Assembly: GCA_024404505.1 (NCBI GenBank)
Contig: JAKSPU010000002.1
Location: 3,773-67,772 of the forward strand
Direction of reading: 5' to 3'
Length of the DNA stretch: 64,000 nt
DNA from: Clostridia bacterium
GTDB lineage: Bacteria; Bacillota; Clostridia; Oscillospirales; CAG-272
Shown here: piece by piece, positions 1-9,414 of the stretch
How positions within the stretch are numbered: the stretch's first letter is position 1
How the letters are laid out: every line of letters begins with the position of its first letter
Translations under genes and position numbers: made by a program
The notes under the pieces: generated by a model
The model's database searches: none
What the model saw: the letters and a program-made list of their open reading frames with translations, nothing else
What the model was told of the DNA's origin: nothing

Positions 1-1172
1 AGAACACATGGTCCCTGATCGATGAAAAGAGAAACCGTGTGTATACCTACGACTTCGACGGTAACCTGCTGTTCGCCTTCGGCGATAACGGCACCATGCT
101 CGGTAACCTCGGTTCCATCGAGGCCGTCGCTTACCAGGGCACCAATATGCTGCTGCTGGATAAGACCAACAACAACATCACCGTTTACCAGCGCACCGAG
201 TACGGTGACAAGCTGCTTGAGGCCATCGCCGCCGAGTCCACGCAGGACTACGACAAGGCCATCAACCTCTGGACCGACGTCCTTAAGCGGAACTCCAACT
301 TCGACTCCGCTTACATCGGTATCGGTCAGGCTATGTACCGTAACAAGGACTACGCGAACTCCCTCACCTACTTCGAGTCCGCGTACGATACCTCCAACTG
401 GTCCAACTCCTATAAGGAGATTCGTAAGGAGTGGATGTCCACCTACTTCCTGCTCCTGATCCTCATCATCGTCGCCGTGATCGTGGGCGTGGTCCTGTTC
501 TTCAAGGCCATGGGCAAGATCAACACCAAGGTCGCCACCTCCGGCCAGAAGCGCACCTTCGGTCAGGAGATCGCGTACGGCTTCTACGTTATCTTCCATC
601 CCTTCGACGGCTTCTGGGATCTGAAGCACGAGAAGAGAGGCTCCGTGAGAGGCGCCATCTTCTTCATCGTCGTCGCCATCATCACCTTCTACTATCAGGC
701 CATCGGTCAGGGCTACCTGATGAATCCGAGAGGCAAGTATGCCGGTATCTGGGCTCAGATCCTCGGCGTGCTGGTTCCCCTGTTCCTCTTCGTGCTGGCC
801 AACTGGTGTCTGACCACCCTGTTCGAGGGCGAAGGCTCCTTCAAGGACGTCTTTATCGCCTGCTCCTACAGCCTGGTCCCGATTCCCCTGCTGATCATCC
901 CCGCTACGATCTACTCCAACTTCTGCGTGTCGACCGAGACCGATATCGTGACCTTCCTCGGAACGCTGGCCTTCATCTGGCTGGGCCTGCTGGTCTTCTT
1001 CGGTACTATGGTCACCCACGATTACTCGCTGGGTAAGAACGTCATCACCACGCTTGGAACGATCGTTGCCATGGTGTTCATCATGTTCGTCGCTGTCCTG
1101 TTCACGACCCTGGTCGGAAAGATCGTCAGTCTGATCACCAACATCGTAACAGAAATTCAGTACAGACTCTAA
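1..1172 (+). CDS. NHL/TPR-like region fused to a C-terminal Yip1-type multi-pass membrane domain (5'-truncated by window edge)
   Basis: Frame is open from nt 3, and the listed start at 39 is an internal GTG. It has a beta-propeller-like repeat (YTYDFDGNLLFAFGDNG...ITVYQ) and a TPR-like segment (AINLWTDVLKRNSNFDSAYIGIGQAMYRNKDYANSL). These are followed by 5-6 hydrophobic helices typical of Yip1 domains. Stop is at 1170-1172. Confidence 0.6.
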   Translation, partial: NTWSLIDEKRNRVYTYDFDGNLLFAFGDNGTMLGNLGSIEAVAYQGTNMLLLDKTNNNITVYQRTEYGDKLLEAIAAESTQDYDKAINLWTDVLKRNSNFDSAYIGIGQAMYRNKDYANSLTYFESAYDTSNWSNSYKEIRKEWMSTYFLLLILIIVAVIVGVVLFFKAMGKINTKVATSGQKRTFGQEIAYGFYVIFHPFDGFWDLKHEKRGSVRGAIFFIVVAIITFYYQAIGQGYLMNPRGKYAGIWAQILGVLVPLFLFVLANWCLTTLFEGEGSFKDVFIACSYSLVPIPLLIIPATIYSNFCVSTETDIVTFLGTLAFIWLGLLVFFGTMVTHDYSLGKNVITTLGTIVAMVFIMFVAVLFTTLVGKIVSLITNIVTEIQYRL

Positions 1173-1191
1173 CGCAGAAGGAGAAGTCCGA

Positions 1192-4100
1192 ATGAAGAAA
1201 TGTAATAAGATCTTGTCCCTGCTCTTGGCTGCTGTGATGCTGTTGGGGTGCCTGACCTGTATGACTGTCACGGCGTCTGCCGATGAAGCCACCACAACGG
1301 CAGCAGAAGAGACCAAGAAGGAAGTCAACTATCTGACCGACGTTTTCGCAACGCCCGAGGATAAGCTGGCTACCATGAAGCTGAAGCTCACCAAGGGTGA
1401 CCTCCAGCTGTATGCAGATTCCAAGTCCGGTGAGGTTGCCGTCAAGAACGCCAAGACCGGACAGATTCTGTCCACCAACCCCTATGACGTAGGCTGCGCC
1501 ACGTCCTCCGACAGCATCAAGTACCAGCTGCTGTCCCAGATCATCGTCAAGTATCTGGACAACGGCAAGGAGAAGGAATTCTCCAGCTACGAGTACGCTT
1601 CCATGCGTGACCAGATCAAGGTCAAGAACATCAAGAACGGTATCCGCGTGGAGTACATCATCGGTCGTGAGGAAGCAAGACACCTGCTGCCCCGCCAGAT
1701 CGAGGACAGCCGCTTCCGCGAGAAGATCCTCGCGCCCATGCTGGAAGCCTACAACAACGATGAGGAAAACTTCTACTATAAGAAGTTCCTTGCTTACTAC
1801 GGCGGCAAGAACGGCGTCAAGTCCGTTGAGACGCAGGCCACCGACTCCCTGAAGCAGGACCTTATCAAGGCCTTCCCCGTCACCGGTAAGGGTATGGCGA
1901 TCTGGGTCTTCGACTCCTCCGCCTCCACCACCGAGATCGAGAAGATGGAGGAGCTGGTCAAGGCCAACTGCCCCGAATACTCCTACGAGGACATGGATGA
2001 AGACCATCAGATGACCGAATACGAGAGCAACGAGACCAATCCTCCCGTGTTCAAGATGGCACTGGAGTACACCCTCACCGAGGATGGCTTCACCGTGCGT
2101 CTTCCCGTCAACGGTCTGACCTACAACGAGTCCCTGTATCAGGTCAACAACCTCAGCATCCTGCCTTACATGGGCTGCGGCAACAATGCCTATGACGGCT
2201 ACATCTTCTACCCCGACGGCTCCGGTACCCTGTTCTCCATGCAGGACCTGGTCGACACGAACACCACCTCCGTTGCCTCCAAGGTGTACGGCGTGGACTT
2301 CGCTTACCACCAGATCACCGGTACCTACCAGCAGACCGTCCGTTACCCCATCTTCGGTATCGTTGAGGATACGCAGTGGTATGACTGCGAGAAGTACAAC
2401 GATTCGACGGGTACTTCCGAGATCACCCGCATCAGCGGCCTGATCTATGAGAAGGTGCAGGCTCCCAAGAAGGATCCTACCCTGACTCTGCAGACTGCAT
2501 ACAGCAGCTACGACAAGCTGCTCAACGACTCCTCCGAGATCGTTCCCGTAACGGAGAGCCGCGGTTACACCGCCATCATCGAGGAAGGCGACGCGCTGAC
2601 CTCTCTGGTGTACTATCATTCCGGCGTCCTGTCTCCCTACGACACCGTGATGATGAACTTCAACCCGAAGCCCTCGGACTCCTATAACCTGGCCGACTCC
2701 ATTTCCGTCGGTACCAACTCCGAATGGACCGTCACCACCGAGCGTAAGTACACCGGTAACTTCAAGGTCCACTACATCATGCTGACCGATGAGGCTCTCG
2801 CTGCCGATCTGATCGAGAAGGGCGAGATGGACAAGAACAGCAAGTGGTACGACGCAACCTGGCTCGGCATGGCATTCGCTTACCGCGATTACCTGATCGG
2901 CAAGGGCATCCTTTCTCCGCTCACCGCAGAGGAGACCAACAAGGATATCCCCCTGTACATCGAGACCTTCGGTTCTCTGGAGACCATCGAAAAGGTCGCC
3001 TCCATCCCCGTGACCGTCAAGAAGGCGCTCACCAGCGCGGCTGACGTCATCACGATGTACAACGAGCTGTCCGAAAAGGGCGTGACCAACATCAACTTCA
3101 GACTTACCGGCTTCGCAAACGGCGGTATGTTCTCCAAGATGCCCTACAACCTGAAGTGGGAGAAGTCCGTCCAGAAGGAAAAGAACGAGGACGGCGACAA
3201 GGTCGATATGCAGGATCTGTTCGACTATGCCGCCAAGATCAACGCCGAGGGCAATGGCCGGATGGGCCTGTACCCCGAGTTTGATTTCTCCTACATCACC
3301 GAGTCCGGTGCATTCGACGGTGTGTCCATGCGTAAGCACACGGTCCGCACCATCGATGACCGTAAGACCTCCAAGCGCGAGTACTCCGCTACGCAGCAGT
3401 CCTATCAGGGCTACTTCCAGTTGGCTGTGTCTCCCGCATACTTCAGCCACTTCTATGAGAAGTTCCTGAAGAACTACGCCAAGTACGAGAACGCCACCGG
3501 CCTGTCCGTCGGCTCTCTCGGTACCGACCTGAACTCCGACTTCGACGAGGATGAGCCTTACAACCGTGAGGACTCCCGCACCTTCGTACAGAGAGCTCTT
3601 GCGTATATGTCCGCTGAGGAAAACGGCGGTCTGCAGCTCATGGTCGAGGGCGGTAACGTCTACTCCTGGCAGTATGTCAAGCACATCCTGGGTATGGCGC
3701 TCGACTCCAGCCGCTATATCCGTTCCAGCTACTCCGTGCCCTTCGTGGGCGTGGTCCTGCACGGCTACATGAACTTCACCGGCACGCCCCTGAATATGGA
3801 AGGTGACGTCAACTACGCCAAGCTGAAGGCCATCGAGAACGGCGCAGCCATGTACTTCACGCTGTCCTACAAGAACACCGAGCTGCTCAAGGAGGATAAG
3901 CTCCTGAGCCACTACTACTCCATCAGATACGATATCTGGTTTGACGACGTTGTCGAGATCTACAACGAAGTCAACGGCATCCTGAAGGACGTTCAGGACA
4001 AGATCATCGTGGACCACGAGTTCCTTTCCGGTATGCGCGTGCCCGATGTCGATGAGCTTGAGAACGACCTCGATTCCGAGTTCGAGCGTGTGCTCGATTA

Positions 4101-7008
4101 CCAGACCAACAAGGAAGAGTATGAGCTGAAGCAGAAGAGCCAGGCCGTGGCAGATGCGCGCAAGGGCATCGCAAGCCTGTCCGACGTCGCTTCCCAGTTC
4201 ATCACCACCTCCATCAAGAAGTATTCGGATATCAGCGGCGCAGCTTACGTCTACGTCACCGGTTCCGGTTCCTTCGAGCATCGTCTGGCCGAGTACGTCC
4301 AGAACGATGAAGCGTATAACCAGATCCTCGCCAAGTATGAGGCCGCCTCTGAGGATGAGAAGAAGGATCTTGAGCCCCTGCTCACCTCCGCCGAGTCCCA
4401 GAGAAAGACCGCTATGAACCGCGTCAAGACCTACGTCCGCAGCATCTCCCGTACCATCGGCGAGCTTGAGACCGAGTACAACAACATCGCCAAGCTGCTT
4501 GAGGATGCCGAGAACGGCAAGCTCCTCATCGAAGGTACCGAGGGTATCCCGCAGACCATCATCGACGAGGCAAGAGTCCGTCTGGAGGAAGCTTCCGAAA
4601 TGATGAACCGCGAGCTCGGCGTCGACTTCAACGTCACCGTTGACAAGGCCGAGGTCGATACGGTCCTCTACGCACACATCGCAAACCTGTTCTCCTCCTG
4701 CCTCGGTGAGAACGGCCACTCTCAGGTCGGCATCATCGGCAAGGCCGAGAATCTCTACAAGCTCATCTCCGAAAAGCAGTATGGTCTGAGAGCAGACGAA
4801 CTGGATCTCCTCCGTTATCTGGACGAGAATAAGGAGAAGAGCGACGCCGAGCTGAAGACCAAGTACGGTCTGGCTGACGGCAAGCCTTCCATTCCCGCTC
4901 TGATCCAGTACGTTCACGAGCTGCTGGGTGACTCTTACACCTTTGACCCCGTCTTCTCCGAGAAGATCGGTGACAACGGTATGTCCGAGATCGACGAGTC
5001 CATCCTGAACTACTTCCTGAATATGCTGTACGGTGAGTTCGAGAACATGGCAGACAGCGAGCTGCTGCCTACCCTGAACTTCGTGCCCACTCGTGTCAAC
5101 GAGAACAAGAAGACCGTTTCCAACACCACCAACATCAACAACACCATCAAGGACGTCAACGCCATCATCACCGACAAGCTGACCGGTACCAAGGGTGCCA
5201 TGAAGAACGTCACCGACGGCAACTACACGATGTCTGCCGTTGTCACCGAGGATGAGCTGAAGGCGATCGTTGACTCCGCCGTCAAGAAGATCCAGAGCCA
5301 CTTCCTCGCTGAAGGTGCTACCGACAACTCCAAGACGGTCGAGTACGCAACTCCCGATACTCTTGAGGCCGATACCAGAGAGTTCATCATTTCTTCCTAC
5401 TACAAGGCCGCCGTGCAGAATATCAAGCCTGCCTCGCTGGTCGAAAAGCTGGGCGTCATGACGATCTCCTACACGACCGATTCCACCATGACGGCTCTGG
5501 CCAATGCCCGTCTCGCCACCTATGAGGCCGCAACCTTCGTCGATGCTCTTGAGGCAACCAAGAACGACGCGGAGCTGAACGCCAAGCTGGCAACCCTGAA
5601 CGATATGCTCAAGGATGCTTACCACGGTGACGTGACCGACGAGCTGACCGATGCTTACATGAAGGCTGTTTCCAAGCAGCTGCTCAATCAGATCGATCCG
5701 CCCACCATCAACTACAAGTCCAAGTCCAAGGATAAGAACGCCGAGATCGTTGCTTACTGCGCCGAGATCGCTGCCAACACCGACCTGGATTCCCTGTACG
5801 ATCTGAAGGATGAGGTGATCGAAAAGATCAATTCCCTCAAGGAAGAGGAGAAGGACGACTTCGAGGTCGAGGAGGCCGAGATCAAGGAGTATCTCGCCTG
5901 CGGTTACGTGACCGCCTGCTCCACCGCCGACACCCGTGCCTTCTACTACAACGACCAGATGGCCGGCATGGATTATGAGACCCGCGCTTACGTCCAGCAG
6001 CTGCACGATCAGATCGCAGCCAAGCTGCCCGAGGGCGCAACCTGGGTCGAGGCTTACGACGAGATCCTCAAGACCATCGGTGCTGTGGATACCGCCAGCG
6101 ATGCGCCTGACAGATCCGTGGCTTCCATGACCAAGGATATCGCATCCCGTGTGACCTACTACATTGCGAAGGGCAGCATGAGCACGGACGTTCAGTCTTA
6201 CGCTCTGTACCTGCTGTTCAAGAGCTTCCCTGAGTACGCTATTACCGAAACGCCCGTTCTGCCTATCATTGCGACCGAAAAGACCGGCGAGGCGAAGAAG
6301 ACCGAAGACGGTGAGCTGGAGCCGCTGCCCAACACCGACTCCAAGTACAAGAACGCCATCAACTTCTTCAACAAGGACTATGTCCAGACTCGTGTGGAAG
6401 ACCTGATGAACACCGCCAAGAACGGTACGATCCGCGGTGAGGTCATCGACTACTCGCTCGAGCGCCTCAAGACGCCCGATGAGATGATGACCTGGGCTAA
6501 GGACGTGTACGACAGACTGAACAAGGGTGCTTACCTCGTAGACGAGCAGCTGGAGGATGGCGCCGAGAAGGATAAGCTTCTCTCCGCGATCGACCAGTAC
6601 ATCCGTGCTTACTACTATCAGGCTGTTATGGCTAAGCTGAGCGCCACCAAGGCTACTACCTTCCATGTCAACGAGATCTACGGTACCGACCTGTACACTG
6701 CTTCCGAGCAGCTCAAGGGTCTGCTCCGTTACTTCACCGTTGCCAAGACCGAGATGACCGAGAAGGATATCGACGATCTGACCAAGGTCGCTGACATCAA
6801 GGAAGAAGAAGAGATTCTCGATCCTTCCAAGTACCTGTCCTCCGACGGCCGCATCGTGGCAGTCACCTATGGCACGGCAACCGACAGCGGCAGCTATGAG
6901 GCTTACAAGACCTGCCTCCTGAACTACAACAACTTCTCTGTGAGCGTTGTGTACGATGAGATCACATACACCATCCCCGCGTACGGTTATGTGATCATCA
7001 TGCACTGA
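1192..7008 (+). CDS. Giant secreted protein (1,938 aa), DUF5696-like, with a long helical insertion
   Basis: RBS GAAGGAGAAG lies 6 nt upstream. Signal peptide is MKKCNKILSLLLAAVMLLGCLTCMTVTASA. The N-terminal ~900 aa and the beta-rich tail (...YTIPAYGYVIIMH) resemble DUF5696 as I remember it. The middle ~900 aa is E/K/D/A-rich and predicted helical. Codon bias is strong and uniform throughout. Confidence 0.75.
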   Translation: MKKCNKILSLLLAAVMLLGCLTCMTVTASADEATTTAAEETKKEVNYLTDVFATPEDKLATMKLKLTKGDLQLYADSKSGEVAVKNAKTGQILSTNPYDVGCATSSDSIKYQLLSQIIVKYLDNGKEKEFSSYEYASMRDQIKVKNIKNGIRVEYIIGREEARHLLPRQIEDSRFREKILAPMLEAYNNDEENFYYKKFLAYYGGKNGVKSVETQATDSLKQDLIKAFPVTGKGMAIWVFDSSASTTEIEKMEELVKANCPEYSYEDMDEDHQMTEYESNETNPPVFKMALEYTLTEDGFTVRLPVNGLTYNESLYQVNNLSILPYMGCGNNAYDGYIFYPDGSGTLFSMQDLVDTNTTSVASKVYGVDFAYHQITGTYQQTVRYPIFGIVEDTQWYDCEKYNDSTGTSEITRISGLIYEKVQAPKKDPTLTLQTAYSSYDKLLNDSSEIVPVTESRGYTAIIEEGDALTSLVYYHSGVLSPYDTVMMNFNPKPSDSYNLADSISVGTNSEWTVTTERKYTGNFKVHYIMLTDEALAADLIEKGEMDKNSKWYDATWLGMAFAYRDYLIGKGILSPLTAEETNKDIPLYIETFGSLETIEKVASIPVTVKKALTSAADVITMYNELSEKGVTNINFRLTGFANGGMFSKMPYNLKWEKSVQKEKNEDGDKVDMQDLFDYAAKINAEGNGRMGLYPEFDFSYITESGAFDGVSMRKHTVRTIDDRKTSKREYSATQQSYQGYFQLAVSPAYFSHFYEKFLKNYAKYENATGLSVGSLGTDLNSDFDEDEPYNREDSRTFVQRALAYMSAEENGGLQLMVEGGNVYSWQYVKHILGMALDSSRYIRSSYSVPFVGVVLHGYMNFTGTPLNMEGDVNYAKLKAIENGAAMYFTLSYKNTELLKEDKLLSHYYSIRYDIWFDDVVEIYNEVNGILKDVQDKIIVDHEFLSGMRVPDVDELENDLDSEFERVLDYQTNKEEYELKQKSQAVADARKGIASLSDVASQFITTSIKKYSDISGAAYVYVTGSGSFEHRLAEYVQNDEAYNQILAKYEAASEDEKKDLEPLLTSAESQRKTAMNRVKTYVRSISRTIGELETEYNNIAKLLEDAENGKLLIEGTEGIPQTIIDEARVRLEEASEMMNRELGVDFNVTVDKAEVDTVLYAHIANLFSSCLGENGHSQVGIIGKAENLYKLISEKQYGLRADELDLLRYLDENKEKSDAELKTKYGLADGKPSIPALIQYVHELLGDSYTFDPVFSEKIGDNGMSEIDESILNYFLNMLYGEFENMADSELLPTLNFVPTRVNENKKTVSNTTNINNTIKDVNAIITDKLTGTKGAMKNVTDGNYTMSAVVTEDELKAIVDSAVKKIQSHFLAEGATDNSKTVEYATPDTLEADTREFIISSYYKAAVQNIKPASLVEKLGVMTISYTTDSTMTALANARLATYEAATFVDALEATKNDAELNAKLATLNDMLKDAYHGDVTDELTDAYMKAVSKQLLNQIDPPTINYKSKSKDKNAEIVAYCAEIAANTDLDSLYDLKDEVIEKINSLKEEEKDDFEVEEAEIKEYLACGYVTACSTADTRAFYYNDQMAGMDYETRAYVQQLHDQIAAKLPEGATWVEAYDEILKTIGAVDTASDAPDRSVASMTKDIASRVTYYIAKGSMSTDVQSYALYLLFKSFPEYAITETPVLPIIATEKTGEAKKTEDGELEPLPNTDSKYKNAINFFNKDYVQTRVEDLMNTAKNGTIRGEVIDYSLERLKTPDEMMTWAKDVYDRLNKGAYLVDEQLEDGAEKDKLLSAIDQYIRAYYYQAVMAKLSATKATTFHVNEIYGTDLYTASEQLKGLLRYFTVAKTEMTEKDIDDLTKVADIKEEEEILDPSKYLSSDGRIVAVTYGTATDSGSYEAYKTCLLNYNNFSVSVVYDEITYTIPAYGYVIIMH

Positions 7009-7040
7009 TGCGAACGGGAAAGAAAGAGAGGTAATAATCT

Positions 7041-8021
7041 ATGACCAACGAAGCCAAGCTGCAAAACACGGTCAGCGCGGCCAAGCCCCAGAAGCGCAAG
7101 ATCGCGTCTCTGGATAAGCGCAAGGCCCGCGCCGGATGGATCTTCGTCCTTCCGTTCCTCATCGGTTTCCTGATCGTTTATCTGCCGATTATCTTCAATT
7201 CGTTGAAGATGAGTTTCTATAACCTCCAGATCGTCACCGGCGGAGGCTTCACCCTTGAGTGGGTGGGCCTCGAGAACTACGAGTACGCTCTGTTGAAGGA
7301 CCCCTCCTTCGTGCAGACGCTCATCACCGGTATGAAGGAGCTGGCGTTCGACGTCCCCGCCATTCTTCTGTTCTCCCTGTTTATGGCAGTGCTGCTGAAC
7401 CAGAAGATGGCCGGACGCGCCGCCTTCCGTGCGATCTTCTTCATTCCCGTCATCCTGTCCACCGGTATCATGGAATCCGTCGAGGGCCAGAACATTCTGG
7501 GCTCCTACATGGAGGAAGCCAGCGGTATCGATGACGGATCGGGACAAAGTGCCGCATCCGAGATCGTGTCTGTCATGGATATCGAGCGTCTGTTCGCATC
7601 CATGAAGATCGGTACCGAGCTGGTCGAGTACGTCGTCCAGATGATCAACAACATCTACGATATCGTCAACCGTTCCGGCGTCCAGATGCTGATCTTCCTT
7701 GCCGGCCTGCAGTCCATTTCCCCGGCCATCTACGAGGCGTGCCGCATCGACGGTGCTACCGCGTGGGAGACCTTCTGGAAGATCACGTTCCCCATGATCA
7801 GCCCGATGATCCTGGTCAACGCGATCTACACCATCATCGACTCCTTCACCACGGATTCCAACTCCGTGATGAGATACATCAACTCGGTGTATCAGTCCAC
7901 AGACGGACAGGTCCGTTCTTCCGCAATGGCATGGATGTATTTCCTGCTGGTTATGTTGATTCTGGCGATCGTAGCGGGTATCTTCTCCGCTTACGTCTTC
8001 TACCAGAAGCGCGATTCGTGA
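7041..8021 (+). CDS. Carbohydrate ABC transporter permease (MalF/UgpA-type)
   Basis: Six hydrophobic segments and an EAA-loop region (EACRIDGATAWETFWKITFPMISPMILVNAIY). RBS is GAGAGG. Confidence 0.9.
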   Translation: MTNEAKLQNTVSAAKPQKRKIASLDKRKARAGWIFVLPFLIGFLIVYLPIIFNSLKMSFYNLQIVTGGGFTLEWVGLENYEYALLKDPSFVQTLITGMKELAFDVPAILLFSLFMAVLLNQKMAGRAAFRAIFFIPVILSTGIMESVEGQNILGSYMEEASGIDDGSGQSAASEIVSVMDIERLFASMKIGTELVEYVVQMINNIYDIVNRSGVQMLIFLAGLQSISPAIYEACRIDGATAWETFWKITFPMISPMILVNAIYTIIDSFTTDSNSVMRYINSVYQSTDGQVRSSAMAWMYFLLVMLILAIVAGIFSAYVFYQKRDS

Positions 8022-8037
8022 GTAAGGAGGTAGAATA

Positions 8038-9135
8038 ATGGATAATACAACGTCTGCTCCCAAGGCCACGATCACCAAGGAGACCAAGAATAAGATCGTT
8101 GCGGATTTTGAGCGCACTCCCCTGAAGGAAAGACTCAAGGCCAAGTTCCTGAATCTGTACTTCTTCCAGCAGATCGCATGGTACATCTTCCGTCTGATCC
8201 TGCTGATCGGTATTTCCTACGTCGTCCTGTATCCCTTCTTCACCAAGATCGCCGGTTCCTTCATGTCCCCCGAGGACTTCGTTGACGTCACCGTGCGACT
8301 CATCCCCAAGCACCCGACGCTTGATATTTACAAGGCTGTCCTGACCGAGCTGAAGTACGGTAAGGCGTTCCTGAACACCTTTATCATTTCCTTCTCCTGC
8401 GGCGTCCTGCAGACCTTTGTCTGCTGCCTGATCGGTTACGGTCTTGCCAAGTTCAAGTTCTGGGGCAACAAGCTGGTCATGATGCTGGTCATCCTCACCA
8501 TGATCGTGCCTCACCAGACCCTGCAGCTGTCCATGTTCATGCAATTCCGGTACTTCGATATCTGGGGCATCCTGTCTCTCCTGAGCGGTCACGCCTCCAC
8601 CGGTATCGCGGCTCTGGACGCCGTGCTGGCCAACATCAAGATCCTCCCGATGGAGGATGCGGGCTTCGCCCTGACCAACACCTACGCGCCTCTGCTGATC
8701 CTGTCCGCCACCGGTCTGGCCTTCAAGAACGGTCTGTACATCTTCCTGCTGCGGCAGTTCTTCAACGGCGTCCCGGATGCCCTTGAGGAGTCGGCATACA
8801 TCGATGGCTCCGGTACGTTCTATACGTTCCTCGTCATCATCCTGCCGCTGTCCGTCCCGATGATGGTCACGGTCTTCCTGTTCGCCTTCTGCTGGCAGTG
8901 GACCGACGACTTCTACACCAACCTGTTCTTCACCACGTCCAAGATCGTGCTGATGCCCGACGTCGTCGACATCCCCACGTCCCTGAAGACGGACTACGCC
9001 GGTCAGAATATGTATTACGCCGCTATCAGAAATACCTGTGGCCTGTGCATCATCGCCCCGCTGGTCATCCTCTATATCTTCTGCCAGAACTTCCTGGTTC
9101 AGGGTATCGAGCGTTCCGGCCTGACCGCCGAGTAA
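8038..9135 (+). CDS. Carbohydrate ABC transporter permease (MalG/UgpE-type, extended)
   Basis: EAA-loop (EESAYIDGSGTFYTFLVIILPLSVPMMV) and RBS AAGGAGG. It lies 16 nt after the previous stop. Confidence 0.9.
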   Translation: MDNTTSAPKATITKETKNKIVADFERTPLKERLKAKFLNLYFFQQIAWYIFRLILLIGISYVVLYPFFTKIAGSFMSPEDFVDVTVRLIPKHPTLDIYKAVLTELKYGKAFLNTFIISFSCGVLQTFVCCLIGYGLAKFKFWGNKLVMMLVILTMIVPHQTLQLSMFMQFRYFDIWGILSLLSGHASTGIAALDAVLANIKILPMEDAGFALTNTYAPLLILSATGLAFKNGLYIFLLRQFFNGVPDALEESAYIDGSGTFYTFLVIILPLSVPMMVTVFLFAFCWQWTDDFYTNLFFTTSKIVLMPDVVDIPTSLKTDYAGQNMYYAAIRNTCGLCIIAPLVILYIFCQNFLVQGIERSGLTAE

Positions 9136-9147
9136 GCATTCCTACTG

Positions 9148-9179
9148 CCCGGAGGATCTTCCCGATCCTCCGGGTTTTT
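9148..9179 (+). terminator. Intrinsic terminator of the Yip1/DUF5696/permease operon
   Basis: CCCGGAGGATC-TTCCC-GATCCTCCGGG followed by TTTTT, 13 nt after the stop. Confidence 0.85.
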
Positions 9180-9190
9180 CTTACGAAGGA

Positions 9191-9394
9191 CGCGCCGGGG
9201 CTCTGCCCCGGACCCCGCAAGCCCTTCTTGAAAGAAGGGCTTGCGCCTAAGAACTTTCATATAATGTATCAGAAATGAGTGTTTTGAGGAAAGTTCTTGA
9301 AATGAGAGAGGGGCCCCACCCGCCGAAAGGCGGGCGGGGAGGGAGAAGAACTTCTTTCAAGAAGTTCTTCTCCCTCCCCGTTTCCCCCCCGCAC
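9191..9394. repeat. Composite intergenic repeat, copy 1 (forward unit plus inverted unit)
   Basis: Forward unit: GGGGCTCTGCCCC 9197-9209, hairpin AAGCCCTTCTTGAAAGAAGGGCTT 9219-9242, AAGAACTTT 9249-9257. Inverted unit: AAAGTTCTT 9290-9298 and a 19-bp-stem hairpin at 9336-9379 with apex CTTCTTTCAAGAAG. It is flanked by TTCTTACGAAGGA (9178-9190) and TTCTTACGAAAGGA (9395-9408). Confidence 0.8.
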
Positions 9395-9414
9395 TTCTTA
9401 CGAAAGGAGCAATT

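Noticed and set aside
1135-7005. 1,956-aa ORF on the minus strand, almost exactly antisense to the DUF5696-like gene
   Set aside because: It is a mirror ORF of a strongly codon-biased high-GC gene, since the sense codon usage avoids the complements of stop codons. The translation is low-complexity (V/G/D/L/H-rich) with no RBS, no signal peptide and no motifs, whereas the plus-strand product has a signal peptide and a coherent domain layout.
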